A stretch of DNA of 64,000 nucleotides from Octopus sinensis (GCF_006345805.1 NC_043015.1:27342001-27406000), one strand, 5' to 3'. Numbered from the stretch's first letter, positions 13,437-25,900 are shown. Made by a program: numbers and translations. Notes: a model not told the origin generated them from the sequence alone.

Positions 13437-14471
13437 AAAATAGGATTAAATCTTTATAAGAATTTATCAAGTAGTTAGCATGAAAAATATATACATTTCT
13501 ATGTAAGAAATGAACCATGGCTCATACACACACCAGCTTCACACTTATTTACTCATCCATATGCACACTCACACATATACACATACATACATACACACAA
13601 ACACAAATACATAAAACACATATCACTCCACACAGCACCTACACTAGGTTACTTGCACACATGCACACACACACAGGTCCATTTTTTTGCACACACACAC
13701 ACACACACACACATAAATAATATATATGGTGGGAGAGTATGTTTGTGTCTTCTTGTCTTCACATCACATAGTGGTAAAAAGAGGGTCTCTGTGTCATACG
13801 AGCAGTGTCATTCATTTCACATTTCCAGTATCCTGCGAGAACATGTCTTTTCATGGGAAAATATCACCTTGCTTAGTGACAGGAAGGGCATCCAGCCATA
13901 GAAAACCAGGCCTCAGTCAGCACTGGTGTTGTTTCTATGGTTGCATGCCCTTCCTAAAGCCAACCACTTTACTGTGTGTATTGAGTGCTTTATTTTTTTC
14001 ATGACAACAGCAATATGAGGCCATCAAGTAACTTGCAAGACCAGAAAAGAAACAGAAAGAAAAATTCCCCTTGACTGAATGGAGTGGAGGGATAGGAAGA
14101 GAGAGAGAGGAGGAGTGGTTTTATGACAGGTGTTGAAGGCAAAAGTATTGTAGAAGAACAAGCACAGGTATCTTCTTCAATGGAGATACATAGCTTCCCT
14201 GCATGATATGAAGGAGGGTGAGAGTAGCTGGAAAGGAAAAAGTGGTTGTAACAGCATACTGGAGCATATTTTCAAAGTACAATGTAACAATCAGAAGGAA
14301 ATGAAACACCAGTAGCATGGAATTTTTGTAAGGAAAACAAGTGAACTTACAGAACTGATATCATGAAAAATTAATTTAATTTGATTTATTTCAATTTAAT
14401 TTTTGCTGTATTTCTGTATGATAAATTGTCTTTACAAATGACTGAAAATTAAATTAAAAAAAAAAAAAAAA

Positions 14472-14755
14472 CTGGCACTTCATTACTTACAATGATCAGG
14501 GTCACAGTTGATCCAATCAATGGAATAACCTGCTTGTGAAATTAACGTGCAAGTGGTTGAGCACTCCACAGACATGTCTACCATTAACGTAGTTCTCAGG
14601 GAGATTCAGCATGACACAGAATGTGACAAAACTGGTCCCTTTGAATTACTGGTACAATGTAAAAAGTTTCTTGCTCAAGGACACAGTGCACCAGTGGGTA
14701 TTGAACTCATGACATTACAATTGTAAGCCAAATACCCAAACCACTTGGCCATGGC
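14472..14755 (-). mobile_element. Degenerate tRNA-head SINE (family B)
   Basis: Minus strand has a TGGCCAAGTGGTT...GAGTTCAATACC head followed by a TGTCCTTGAGCAAG core-like segment. Confidence 0.6.
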
Positions 14756-15714
14756 AGATATAGACACTCACATAAAAGTTTCTGCACACCCATATATATA
14801 TATATATATATACACACACACGAGAACATGTTTGCATCTACCAAATCCACTCACAAGGCTTTAGTTAGGCCAAGGCAAGAGAAGAAGAGACTGACCCAAG
14901 GTGCCACACAGTGGGACTGAACCTGGAACAATGCGGTTGGGAAGCAAACTTCATACCACACAGCCATATATATATATATACTTATTCAGAAATATATATG
15001 CATGAATATGACAATATACATTATACAACCACTTATGCATATAATGCATATGCTATAAAATTAGGACACAGCATGTGTGTGTGTGTATTTGTGTGTATAA
15101 ACATATGTACACAGCATCTATACTATACATACACGTATGTTTTATATAGAAATAAAAATTTCAGGAAATTCATAATGGCATGTTGGTCATGGTAGGGAAG
15201 ATGGTGAATGGGTGGCAATCATAAATATTAACTTTATTGTTCATTGTATTTGTAGCTAATGGCAAAGAAGTGGTGAAGTGGTGAGAAGACAAAGAGCCTT
15301 CTACATTTTTTTTACAACAATCTTCTAACACCTTTTTGTTGTTGTTAGTGTTGTTATTGTTGTGGAATATGTTATTATTTTGGTCACATTGTTGTTGCTG
15401 CTAAGTTTTGTTTTGTTTTTTGTTTCTTTGCCATGAGATGAGTTACCAACTCATTAGCAACAACTTGCTGCTGTTGCTAATATGAATATTTTACTCATTA
15501 TAATTGTTTGAGTTGCTACTCTTCTTCTTGTTGGTGGTGGTAGTGGTGTTATTACAGTTCATCACCATAAGAGGGAGTTGCTAGTATTGCTATTAATTTC
15601 TTTCACAAGAATAATATCACGTTCTATGATATAGAGATGTATACTATAAGTATAGATATATGTATATGTATATATGTGTGTGTGTGTATGTGTGTGTGTG
15701 TGCAAGTGTATTCA

Positions 15715-17665
15715 TCCTCATCGTCATCGTTGTCATTTAACATCTGCTTTACATGCTGGCATGGGTTGGACGGTTTGACAGAGGACTGGCAAGCCAGAAG
15801 GCTGCACCAGGCTCCAATCTGATCTGGCAAATTTCTACAGCTTGATGCCATTCCCAACGCCAACCACTCTGAGAGTGTAGTGGGTACTTTTACATGTCAC
15901 AGGCACGAGGGCCAGTCAGGCCGTGTTGGCATTGGCCACACTCAAATGGTGCACAGGAGCCTGTCCGGCAGCACTGACAATGATCATGCTCGAATGGTGT
16001 TTTTTTACATGCCACCGGCATGGGAGGCAGTCAGGCGATGCTGGCAGCAATCATACTCGAATGGTACTGTCATTGGCCACAACAGCGATTTCACTTGCCT
16101 CAACAGGTCTTCGCAAGCATAGTTTATTGTCCAATGTTTGAAGGGTACTCTTAAATGGTCTGGTTATACAGCACTGGCATAGGTCACAGTTAGGGGTCTC
16201 ACTTAGCTTGCCGGGTCTTCTCAAGCACAGCATATCTCCAAAGGTCTCTGTCACTTGTCATTGCCTCAGTAAGGCTCAATGTTTCAAAGGTCATGGTTCA
16301 CCACCTCATCACAAGTCTTCCTCTTCCACAGGTTCCCTACCTGCTAGGGGGTGACACTTTTTCACACAGCTGTCCTCATCCATTTCGCAATACATGACCA
16401 TACCAGCGCAGTCGTCTCTCTTGCACACCACATCTGATGCTTCTTATGTCCAACTTTTCTCTCAGGGTGCTTACACTCTGTCATGTATGCACACTGACAT
16501 TACACATCCAGCAGAGCATACTGACTTCATTCCTTGCGAGCTTACGCATGTCCTCAGCAGTCGCAGCCCATGTTTCACCGCCGTGTAGCATGGCTGTTCG
16601 TACACATGCATCATACAGTCTACCTTTTACTCTGAGCGAGAAGACCTTTGTCACCAGCAGAGGTAAGAGCTCTCTGAACTTTGCCCAGGCTATTCTTATT
16701 CTAGCAACTACACTGTCAGTGCACCCTCCCCTGCTACTGACTTGGTCACCTAGGTAACAGAAGCTATCAACTACTTCTAGTTTTCCTCCCTGGAATGTGG
16801 CGGAAGTTGTTCTCTGCACATTTTCAGTGTTTATTGCTCCTGAGCATCTGCCACATACAAAAACTATCTTCCCAGTTAGCCTTCCTTTGATATTGCTGTA
16901 CCTCTTATGTGTCCATAGCTTACACTGGGTACATCTTATAGAGTTTCAACCTACACCTTTTCTACTGATCAAGCAGGGCCATCTACCTGAAGGCATTTGT
17001 GGTTTGTCTGCCTTCCTACTTATTAGGACTTTGATTTTTGCTAGGTTGATTTTAAGGCCCTTCAATTCTAATCTTAGCTTCCACACCTGAAACTTCTCCT
17101 CTAGTTCTGATAGTGACTCAGCAAATAGAGCAAGGTCATCAGCATAGAGGAGCTCCCAGGGGCATCCTGTCTTGAATTCCTCTTTTATTGCCTAGAGGAC
17201 TATGATGAATAAGGGGGGAGGGCTGAGGACTGATCCTTGCTGTCCATCAGGTAGCCTTGGCTGAGGGGCATAGGCTGAGATAATGGTTGCTAACCCATGA
17301 TGCAGCACTAATCTAATCTTAAATATTCTATCGCAGACTCTAACTGCCTCGATTACCTTGTCAACCCATTTCTCCACAAGAAGTATACCTATGCCCCCGA
17401 CTCTGTCAGTATTCCCTGCCCAGAAAATTTTATACCTATGTTCTTTGTGAGGAACCTAGCAGAACCTCCTCTCCACCTTACTTCTTAGATGCAGCACAAA
17501 TCTACATGTCTCCATTCAAGCATCTCAACAATCTCACCAGACCTATCTTTCAGTGTACCCACATTAAGTGTGCCAACCCTGAAGGTGTGGGAGGTGTGGG
17601 CCCGTGAAACCCTGGGATGGGGGACAGTAGCATCATGTACCTGAAAAGAAAGGTCACATTTGGCA
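15715..17665 (-). mobile_element. RTE LINE with large internal deletion (APE N-terminus joined to the YADD region)
   Basis: Minus ORFs 17485-17691 (TLNVGTL), 17192-17377 and 16481-16819 (FCYLGD...LHGGETWA). 3' UTR and (GAT)n tail near 15720. Confidence 0.88.
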
Positions 17666-17729
17666 TAACTCATGTACATACAAGACTTCAACCTGCATAC
17701 ACCACACCATCATTTTTATGCGTTACATG

Positions 17730-18490
17730 ATCTGTTTTGTATCTGTTTTCCATGCTGGCATGGGTTGGACGGTTTGACTAGAACTGGTAAGCCAGAGAGA
17801 TGCACTAGGATCCAGTCTGATGTTGGCTTGGTTTCTACAGCTGGATGCCCTTCCTAATACCAATGACACAAAGAGTGTGTCACCATTATGGGTGCCCCTT
17901 ATGTGTCACCATGATGAGTGCCTTTTATGTCACCAGTACATCCACAACTACGGTTTCACTTTTCTCTTGCACACCATATCTGATGCCTCTTATGCCCAAT
18001 TTTTTCTCTCAAAACGCTTACACTCTATTGAACATGGACACTAACACTGCACATCCAGCAAAGCATTCTAACCACATTTCTTTCAAGCCTTCGCATGTTC
18101 TCTGCAGTCACAGCCCATGTTTTACTGTTATGTAGCATGGCTATCCACACACAGGCATCATATAATTTGCCTTTTACTTTGAGGGAGAGGCGCTTTGTTA
18201 CCAACAAGGTAGAAGCTCTCTGAACTTTGCGCAGCCTATTCTTATTCTAGCAGCTATGCTCTGGCAGCATCCACCTCCAATGCTGACATGGTCACCTAGA
18301 TAATGGAAGCTATCAACTACTTCAAAGTATCCTCCCTGGCATTTGACAAAGTCTATTTTCTGTATATTTCTAGTGTTTATTGTACCTATAAATCTATTGC
18401 ATACAAACACTACTTTCCCTGTTAACCTTCATCTGATATTGCTGCACCTCTTATGTGTCCATAGCTTGCACCAGGCACATTTATGGAGTT
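17730..18490 (-). mobile_element. Degenerate RTE LINE 3' fragment
   Basis: ORFs 18198-18410 and 18025-18207 match the RTE C-terminus. Confidence 0.82.
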
Positions 18491-18687
18491 TCTATCTACG
18501 CCTTTTCTCTGTATGTGTGTGTGTATGTATATATACACACATACACACATCTTTTAAATTTGTTAATGGGAAATGTTTTGAATATGCAAATAAAGCTCTA
18601 ATTCCATTATACTGGCCACAGTCTAAAGATGCTGACTTGTGAACCAGATTTTAAGCATTGCATTGAGTTGTACTAATATAATGTAGG

Positions 18688-19235
18688 ATCATCATCATCA
18701 TCGTTTAACAGCCGCTTTCCATGCTGGCATGGGTTGGACGGTTTGACTGAGGACTGGTGAGCCAAAGGCTGCACCAGGCTCAATCTGATCTGGCAAAGTT
18801 TCTATAGCTGGATGCCCTTCCTAATGCCAACCACTCTGAGAGTGTAGTGGGTGCCACCAGCACAAGGGCCACTCAGGTGGTTCTGTCAACAACCACGTTT
18901 AAAAGGTGTTTTTTACGTGCTACCTGCACGGGAACCAATCCGGCAGCACTGGCAGCGACCACATTATAATGTTTTTCACATGCCACCTGTGCCGGTAAGG
19001 CAATGCTAGCAACGATCACACACGAATGGTGCTTTTAACGTGGACAATAATCCTGGATGGAATTTATGAACATTTAATGCATTGCTACATGTGTTTCCAC
19101 AAATCATGTCTTTTAAGATCATCATCATCATCGTTTAACGTCCGCTTTCCATGCTAGCATGGGTTGGACGGTTCAACTGGGGTCTGGCAAGCCCGAAGGT
19201 TGCACCAGGCCAGTCAGATCTGGCAGTGTTTCTAC
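18688..19235 (-). mobile_element. Two RTE 3' UTR fragments (18688-19040 and 19126-19235)
   Basis: Both begin CATCATCATCGTTTAAC...CCATGCT(A/G)GCATGGGTTGGACGG. Confidence 0.82.
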
Positions 19236-20164
19236 AGTCTTTATTCCTGGGATGCCTACAGTGTAGTCTGTAGTAAGTGTAGGCATCGGGAGTTGATCAT
19301 TTTCGTGGATTCATTTTGTTCAGGTGTCATAACATTAATGGATGTTTAACAGAGGAAATGTTTATCCCTTTTGATCTTCACACTGGTCAATGAGAAAAAG
19401 AAAAAACAATAACCCATCCAAAAATAAAAAAGTATCAACTAAATAGAGAAATATAAATTTGCTTGGAAAGAGGTGGGGGTTGGTACCTGAAGGTCATCTG
19501 GGCATAGAATCTATACCTAACAAATTCCATCTGACCCATGGAAGCATGGTAAAGGAGATGTTGAAATGAAGATGATGATGATGATAATGAGACAGTTGTA
19601 GTTGTGATATTCATTATCTTTAGCATCTATCTCGGCTTTTAGGTATTAATCAAATGCATCACAAATAGTCTTTCCTAACCTTTTCACTCCCTGGTTTGTT
19701 AGTTCTTAATTATTCATGAACCTGTGTCAGGTCTAAATTCTTTATATAACATGATATGAAAAATTCTTAATCAGTTTTGTATTTTCACAAATGTTTTGGC
19801 ATCTTTTTTTCGAATCTCAGTCATATCTCAGTTTCTCTAAATCTATGAACTGTGGAAAACAAACATTAAATGATGATGATGACCAACCCATGCCAGCATG
19901 GAAAACAGATGATAATGATGATGTCTGTAGCAGTATTTTTAGCTATTTATTACCTGCAACATAAAATTTGAGACCATATACAAACAAAAATGATTGTCCT
20001 TCCATAGAATTTGTATATAAGTCCTGTCAGGTTTAACACATTTGTTGGCAGTGTTAACACCAAACTGATAGAAGTGCAGAGAGGGAGTCTCCCTGCAATA
20101 TTCCATTTTTAATAGAAATGGAATTAGCTTTTTTTATAGTTTTCTCTCTTGTCTGTATGTGCAG

Positions 20165-20172
20165 AATTATTG

Positions 20173-20207
<35 letters not shown>

Positions 20208-20625
20208 GAGTGAGAGAGCAGCACATGCCATCAAAGTGATACTGGGATAAAATATACGAAGCCCAGTATACCCATCATGACTACCCGTCTGATAAGGGTA
20301 CACTAGGCACATGCATCACAACCATATATGCGCGACATGGTGATCTCATATCAAGATAAACAGCACATGACCTTGCAGATGGGGCCCAGTTAGAATTTTC
20401 TTCTGGTCGAGTAACCCATCCCACTCAAAAGGTCCCTGAATAAGGGTTGTTTAAGGATGTCGAACAAAACACCCATGTTTCCAGAGGTGAATTATTCAAA
20501 CCCCAAAGAATCCCTCTCAACACATGGCTATGATGCTCCCCTACTACTTCTGCTCATGATCAGAGATGCACATATCATCAGCCACTAAGGGACATGCTCA
20601 ACTGGTTAAGGTCAAATTTATAAGT
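20165..20625 (-). mobile_element. Unclassified SINE-like retroposed element ending in (AAT)n
   Basis: Complex non-coding sequence ending in an (AAT)n tail on the minus strand. No ORF or head recognised. Confidence 0.45.
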
Positions 20626-20734
20626 ACCAGTTACACACTGGTGTCAACATAAGTAACTCATTCCCTCTCCCAAAATTGCTACCCTTGTGGCAAAATTTGA
20701 AACCATTATTATTATTATTAATATCATCATTAAG

Positions 20735-20950
20735 CAAAGTGACAGAGTTAGCATGTCTGCAAAAGTATTTGGCAGTATTTTTTCCAGTTCTTTCCATTCT
20801 GAGTTCAAATTCTGCTGAGGTCCACTTTGCCCTTCATCTTTCTAGCAGCTGATAAAGTAAAGTATCAGACATGTACTAGGGCTGCTGATATTATAATTTA
20901 ACCCCACTTCCCTCAAAATTGCTGGCCTTGTGCCTAAATCAGAAATCAAC
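20735..20950 (+). mobile_element. Degenerate Meta-core-like SINE (family C)
   Basis: GAGTTCAAATTCTGCTGAGGTCCACTTTGCCCTTCATC matches the 56270-56500 SINE. Confidence 0.65.
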
Positions 20951-20974
20951 ATCCACCTCATCATCATTACTAGT

Positions 20975-21006
<32 letters not shown>

Positions 21007-21272
21007 CATCATCAGTAGTAGTAGTGTTATCACGTCTTTGATCAGGATAAAACTGTGTCCATGTTGCTGCTGCTGCCTTCTGATATTGTTGCTATTGATG
21101 TTATGAGGTTTCTTCTTTCTTATTTTTTAAAAATTTCATTTTACTTTATTTTTTGGCTGAATACATTTAATCAACATCAACAACCAACGATTGCACACTG
21201 CATATAACAACTCACAAAAATACACCTGAAGGTACTCTCTTTTACTTCCCTGTTTATGCATATATATATATA

Positions 21273-21487
21273 TACCGGAGTAAACACATAAATGTGAAAC
21301 AAGGTGGAAAAAAGAGTACTCAAATACCAGTGGTAGAGTAATATGCTTTATTTAAAGCAGCAGAAAATTCAACAAAATCTGTTACTCTGAGTTTCTCGTT
21401 GCCGTTCAGCAAAAACTGTCTGATGAATGGCAACGAGAAACTCAGAGTAACAGATTTTGTTGAATTTTCTGCTGCTTTAAATAAAGT
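21273..21487. mobile_element. Short Penelope-pLTR-like element with inverted repeat (21345-21409 / 21420-21486)
   Basis: About 65-bp near-perfect inverted arms, flanked by (TA)n on both sides, containing a hammerhead motif. Confidence 0.7.
21416..21453 (+). ncRNA. Minimal type I hammerhead ribozyme motif
   Basis: CUGU-CUGAUGA-AUGGCAACGA-GAAAC-UCAGA-GUA-ACAG. Stem I is perfect and the core is intact, but stem II is weak. Confidence 0.6.
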
Positions 21488-22439
21488 ATATATATATATA
21501 TATATATACGAGAACTATAATAAACAGGAGTTTACATTGTGTGTGTGTGTGTGTGCGTGTGTTGGGCATAGGAAGAAGATACAGATAAAAAAGATTTTAT
21601 ATGTATGTATGTATATTCTTTCTTTTTAAACATACCTTTATTTATCGCTTCTTTGATCAAAATATTTGTAAATATTTCTGTTTCTAATTGCTTTTGCAGA
21701 CCTCCACCCCACCATAGACATAAATCTTACATAACAACAACAACAAGCTGTTAAAAATATACTAAACCACTCATCTCCCACACCTCCATCCCTGCTAGTC
21801 AACCTATCTGCTTTTTTGTGTCTCTCTCTCAAAAAACAAAAACAAAAAAAGTAAAAAAACACCCTTATGTTTACTACTTTGATCAAAATAAGAAATTTTG
21901 AAGAATAATATATCATCAAACTAATATGCAAAACTGGTCTATTCTCACACTTTCCTCTCTCTCTCTCTCTCTCTCTCTCTTTGTATATATATGTGTGTGT
22001 GTGTGTGTGTCTCTGTCTTTTCAAAAATACCATTATTCCTTACTGCTTTAGCTCTGTGTGTGTGGCTTAGAAGTTTGCTTTGCAATCAAGTGCTTTTGGG
22101 TTTGATCCCCACTTTGTGACACCTTGAACAAGTTTCTTTGTTTTAGCTTCAGGTCAACCAAAATCATGCGAGTAGAATTTAGGAGACAAAAGATTCTGCA
22201 GAAGCATGTCATGTGTGTATATATGTATTTATATACACACACACACACATAACATACTCATGCAGTTTATGTTGTATTTCTTTATGTCCTTAAGTTAACA
22301 GTCTGGCTGACAGAGAAGGATGAAATAAGTAACAAACTCAAATGTTGGAATTAATAGGATTGACTAAATCCTTGAAAGCAGAGTGCTAGCATGGCTACAG
22401 TCTAATGACTGAAACCTGTAAGTGAATAGAAGGCTATAG

Positions 22440-22470
<31 letters not shown>

Positions 22471-22472
<2 letters not shown>

Positions 22473-22679
22473 AGAAAAAATGAGGTAATCAGATCGGATG
22501 GTTCATATTTATAGATATTTATTTATATATTACATTTTTTACATATATATATCATATCATTCAGATCATATCATTCGGATTAGCGCTTTCTCCCAATCAA
22601 GTGGGCTTTTCAAATCCCACTCGAAAAGCCCACTCGATTGGGAGAAAGCGCTAATCTGAATGATATGATCTGAATGATA
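22471..22679. repeat. Left part and centre of a foldback palindrome split by an RTE insertion
   Basis: Internal hairpin with centre near 22617. 22471-22545 is the reverse complement of 25797-25870. Confidence 0.85.
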
Positions 22680-23930
22680 GCCACTAACCTGCTGAAAGCC
22701 ACCAACCTGCTGAAAGCCACTAACCTGCTGAAAGCCACCAACCTGCTGAAAGCCACTGACCAGATCTGTGGCTGGTGCAAAGTCCCCACAAGACCCAAAA
22801 TAACATGGTGGTGGAACAATACTGTTGACAGGGCTATTAGACAAAAGAAACAGGCTTGGAAGAACTGGAAGAACTGTGGTAGCAGGGAAGTGTATCAGAC
22901 TGCAAGAAGGGAAGCTAGGAGGCAGGTTTATTTAGCCAGAGGGGAAGCAGATAGGAAAAAATTTGCCAATGTCCTGCGCCGTGAGGATGAAAGACTTGAG
23001 GTATTTCGTATAGCAAGACAGTGTGTGAGAGAGAATCGTAACGTGGTAGGAGAAAAATGTGTTCGCACGGATGACGGCTCACTTGCGCTAAATGAGGATG
23101 CAAAGAGAGAGGTTTGGAGAAGCCACTATGAAAGGTTGCTGAATGAGGAAAATGAATGGGATAAAGAGAGTCTGCCGAATGTTGACCCAACAGAGGGACC
23201 AGCAATCCGAGTTGACAGTTCCTTAGTAGATAAGGCAATTAAAAGCATGAAAACAGGGAAAGCCCCAGGCCCATCAGCAATTACTGCAGAGATGCTCAAA
23301 ATATCTGGTAGTGTCGGCTATAGCCTAGTCACCCGTATAGTTAACCAAGTGATACACGAAGGAGTCATTCCCAATGACTGGTGTAGCAGCATAATAGTCA
23401 GCTGCTACAAAGGTAAAGGTGACGCCCTAGATACAAATAACTACAGGGGTATCAAGCTGCTGGATCAGGTAATGAAGGTTACGGAGAGGGTTATAGCCCA
23501 ACTAATTAGAGAGAGAGTTAGCCTAGATCAGATGCAGTTTGGGTTCGTGCCAGGGAAAAGTACTACTGATGCTATTTTCATGGTAAGACAGCTGCAAGAG
23601 AAATACCTAGCCAAAGACGAGCCCCTATACCTGGCTTTTGTTGATATGGAGAAAGCCTTCGACAGGGTCCCCCAATCCCTCATCTGGTGGTCAATGAGGA
23701 AACTAGGGATAGATGAATGGTTAGTGAAAGTTGTACAAGCCATGTACAGAGACGCTGCTAGTAAGGTGAGGGTTGGCACCGAGTACAGTGAAGAATTCAG
23801 GGTAGAGGTTGGGGTCCACCAAGGTTCAGTCCTCAGTCCCCTCCTATTTATCATAGTCCTCCAGGCAATAACGGAGGAATTCAAGACAGGATGCCCCTGG
23901 AGCTCCTCTATGCTGATGACCTTGCTCTAA
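22674..23930 (+). pseudogene. RTE ORF part 1 (pre-RT and RT motifs up to GVHQGSVLSP)
   Basis: KAPGPS, NYRGIKLL, QFGFVPGKSTTDAIF, FVDMEKAFDRV, QGSVLSPLLF. Confidence 0.92.
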
Positions 23931-24865
23931 TTGCTGAGTCTCTATCAGAACTAGAGGAGAAGTTTCAGGTATGGAAACAAGGTTTAGAATCGAAGGGCCT
24001 TAGAATCAACCTAGCCAAAACCAAAGTCCTAATAAGTAGGAAGGTAGACCAATCACAAACGCCTTCAGGTAGAGGGCCCTGCTCGATCTGTAGAAAAGGT
24101 GTAGGTAGAATCTCTATAAGATGCACCAAGTGTAAGCTATGGACACATAATAGGTGCAGCAATGTCAAAGGAAGGCTAACTAGGAAGATGGTTTTTGTAT
24201 GTGGCAGATGCTCAGGAACAATTAACACTGAAAATGCTCTGAGACCAACTTCCGTCACTTTCCAGGGAGAAAAGCTAGAAGTAGTTGATAGTTTCCGTTA
24301 CCTAGGTGACCAAGTCAGTAGCGGGGGCGGGTGCGCTGAAAGTATAACTGCTAGAGTAAGAATAGCCTGGGCAAAGTTTAGAGAGCTCTTACCCCTGCTG
24401 GTGACAAAAGGCCTCTCGCTCAAAGTAAAAGGCAGACTGTATGATGCATGTGTACGTACAGCCATGCTACATGGTAGTGAAACTTGGGCTGTGACTGCTG
24501 AGGATTTGCGTAAGCTCGCAAGAAATGAAGCTAGTATGCTCCGATGGATGTGTAACGTCAGTGTTCATAATCGACAGAGTGTAAGTACCTTGAGAGAAAA
24601 GTTGAACCTAAGAAGCATCAGTTGTTGTGTGCAAGAGAGACGTATGCGCTGGTATGGTCATGTGATGAGAATGGCTGAAGATAGTTGTGTGCGAAAGTGC
24701 CACACCCTGGCAGTTGAGGGGACCTGTGGAAGAGGTAGACCCAGGAAAACCTGGGTCGAGGCGGTGAAGCACGACCTTCGAGCCTTAGGTCTCACCAAAG
24801 AAATGACCAGTGACCGAGACCTTTGGAAGTATGCTGTGCGTGAGAAAACCCGGCAAGACCAGTGA
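23891..24865 (+). pseudogene. RTE ORF part 2 (YADD, embedded PHD finger, thumb/C-terminus)
   Basis: LLYADD, C4HC3 motif at 24080-24211, FRYLG, LHGSETW, RWYGHV, GRGRPRKTW. Confidence 0.92.
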
Positions 24866-24914
24866 GAACAGTCAAAATCAAAATCAAACCAAATTGAGGT
24901 CGATCAACATCAGG

Positions 24915-25625
24915 GCCCCCGTGCAGGTGACACGTAAAAGCACCATCCGTTCGTAGCCGTTTGCCAGCCCTGTCTGGCCCCCGTGTCGGTGGCACGTAAA
25001 AGCACCAGCCGTTTGTGTTCGTTGCCAGCCTGGCCTGGCGCCCGTGCCGGTGACACGTAAAAGCACCATCCGTTCGTGGCCGTTTGCCAGCCCTGTCTGG
25101 CCCCCGTGCCGGTGACACGTAAAAGCACCATCCGTTCGTGGCCGTTTGCCAGCCCTGTCTGGCCCCCATGTCGGTGACATGTAAAAGCACCATAAGCACC
25201 ATCCGTTCGTGCCGTTTGCCAGCCCTGTCTGGCCCCCATGTCGGTGACATGTAAAAGCACCATCCGTTCGTGTCCGTTGCCAGCCTCGCCTGGCCCCCGT
25301 GCTGGTGACACGTAAAAGCACCATCCGTTCGTGGCCGTTTGCCAGCCCTGTCTGGCCCCCGTGTCGGTGGCATGTAAAAGCACCATCCGTTTGTGTCCGT
25401 TGCCAGCCTCGCCTGGCCCCCGTGCCGGTGACACGAAAAAGCACCATCCGTTTCGTGGCCGTTTGCCAGCTCTTTCTGGCCCCCGTGTTGGTGGCACGTA
25501 AAAGCACCATCCGTTCGTGTCCGTTGCCAGCCTCGCCTGGCCCCGTGCCAGTGACACGTAAAAGCACCATCCGTTCGTGGCCGTTTGCCAGCTCTGTCTG
25601 GCACCTGTGCGGGTGGCACGTAAAA
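24915..25625 (+). repeat. About 61-bp GC-rich minisatellite (about 12 units) within the RTE 3' UTR
   Basis: AAAAGCACC recurs every about 61 bp, with two alternating unit variants. Confidence 0.92.
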
Positions 25626-25796
25626 AGCACCCACTACACTCACGGAGTGGTTGGCGTTAGGAAGGGCATCCAGCCGTAGAAACACTGCCAGATCTGACTG
25701 GGCCTGATGAAGCCTTCCAGCTTCACAGACCCCAGTTGAACCGTCCAACCCATGCTAGCATGGACAACGGACGCTAAATGATGATGATGATGATGA

Positions 25797-25870
25797 TGTA
25801 AAAAATGTAATATATAAATAAATATCTATAAATATGAACCATCCGATCTGATTACCTCATTTTTTCTAAT
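25797..25870. repeat. Right terminal arm of the split palindrome (pairs with 22471-22545)
   Basis: Reverse complement match by eye. Confidence 0.85.
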
Positions 25871-25900
25871 ATATAATACCTGTACATCATCTCCAAACCT

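Larger units (their letters stand above)
22680..25798 (+). mobile_element. RTE-clade LINE, 5'-truncated, young, with complete 3' UTR and (GAT)n tail
   Basis: Long RT ORFs, a single -1 frameshift near GCPW/ELLYADD, and an intact 3' end. Confidence 0.95.

Noticed and set aside
14351-14441. Minus-strand segment with good acceptor and GTAAGT donor as a candidate ANKRD39 exon
   Set aside because: Stops in all three frames and no ankyrin similarity.
19250-19290. Hairpin GATGCCTACA…TGTAGGCATC
   Set aside because: A single 10-bp stem with no supporting context, plausible by chance in 64 kb.
24792-25748. Long repetitive ORFs in three minus frames; possible CRISPR-like array
   Set aside because: Contiguous tandem units without unique spacers, lying in the RTE 3' UTR. 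No cas genes, and the context is eukaryotic.
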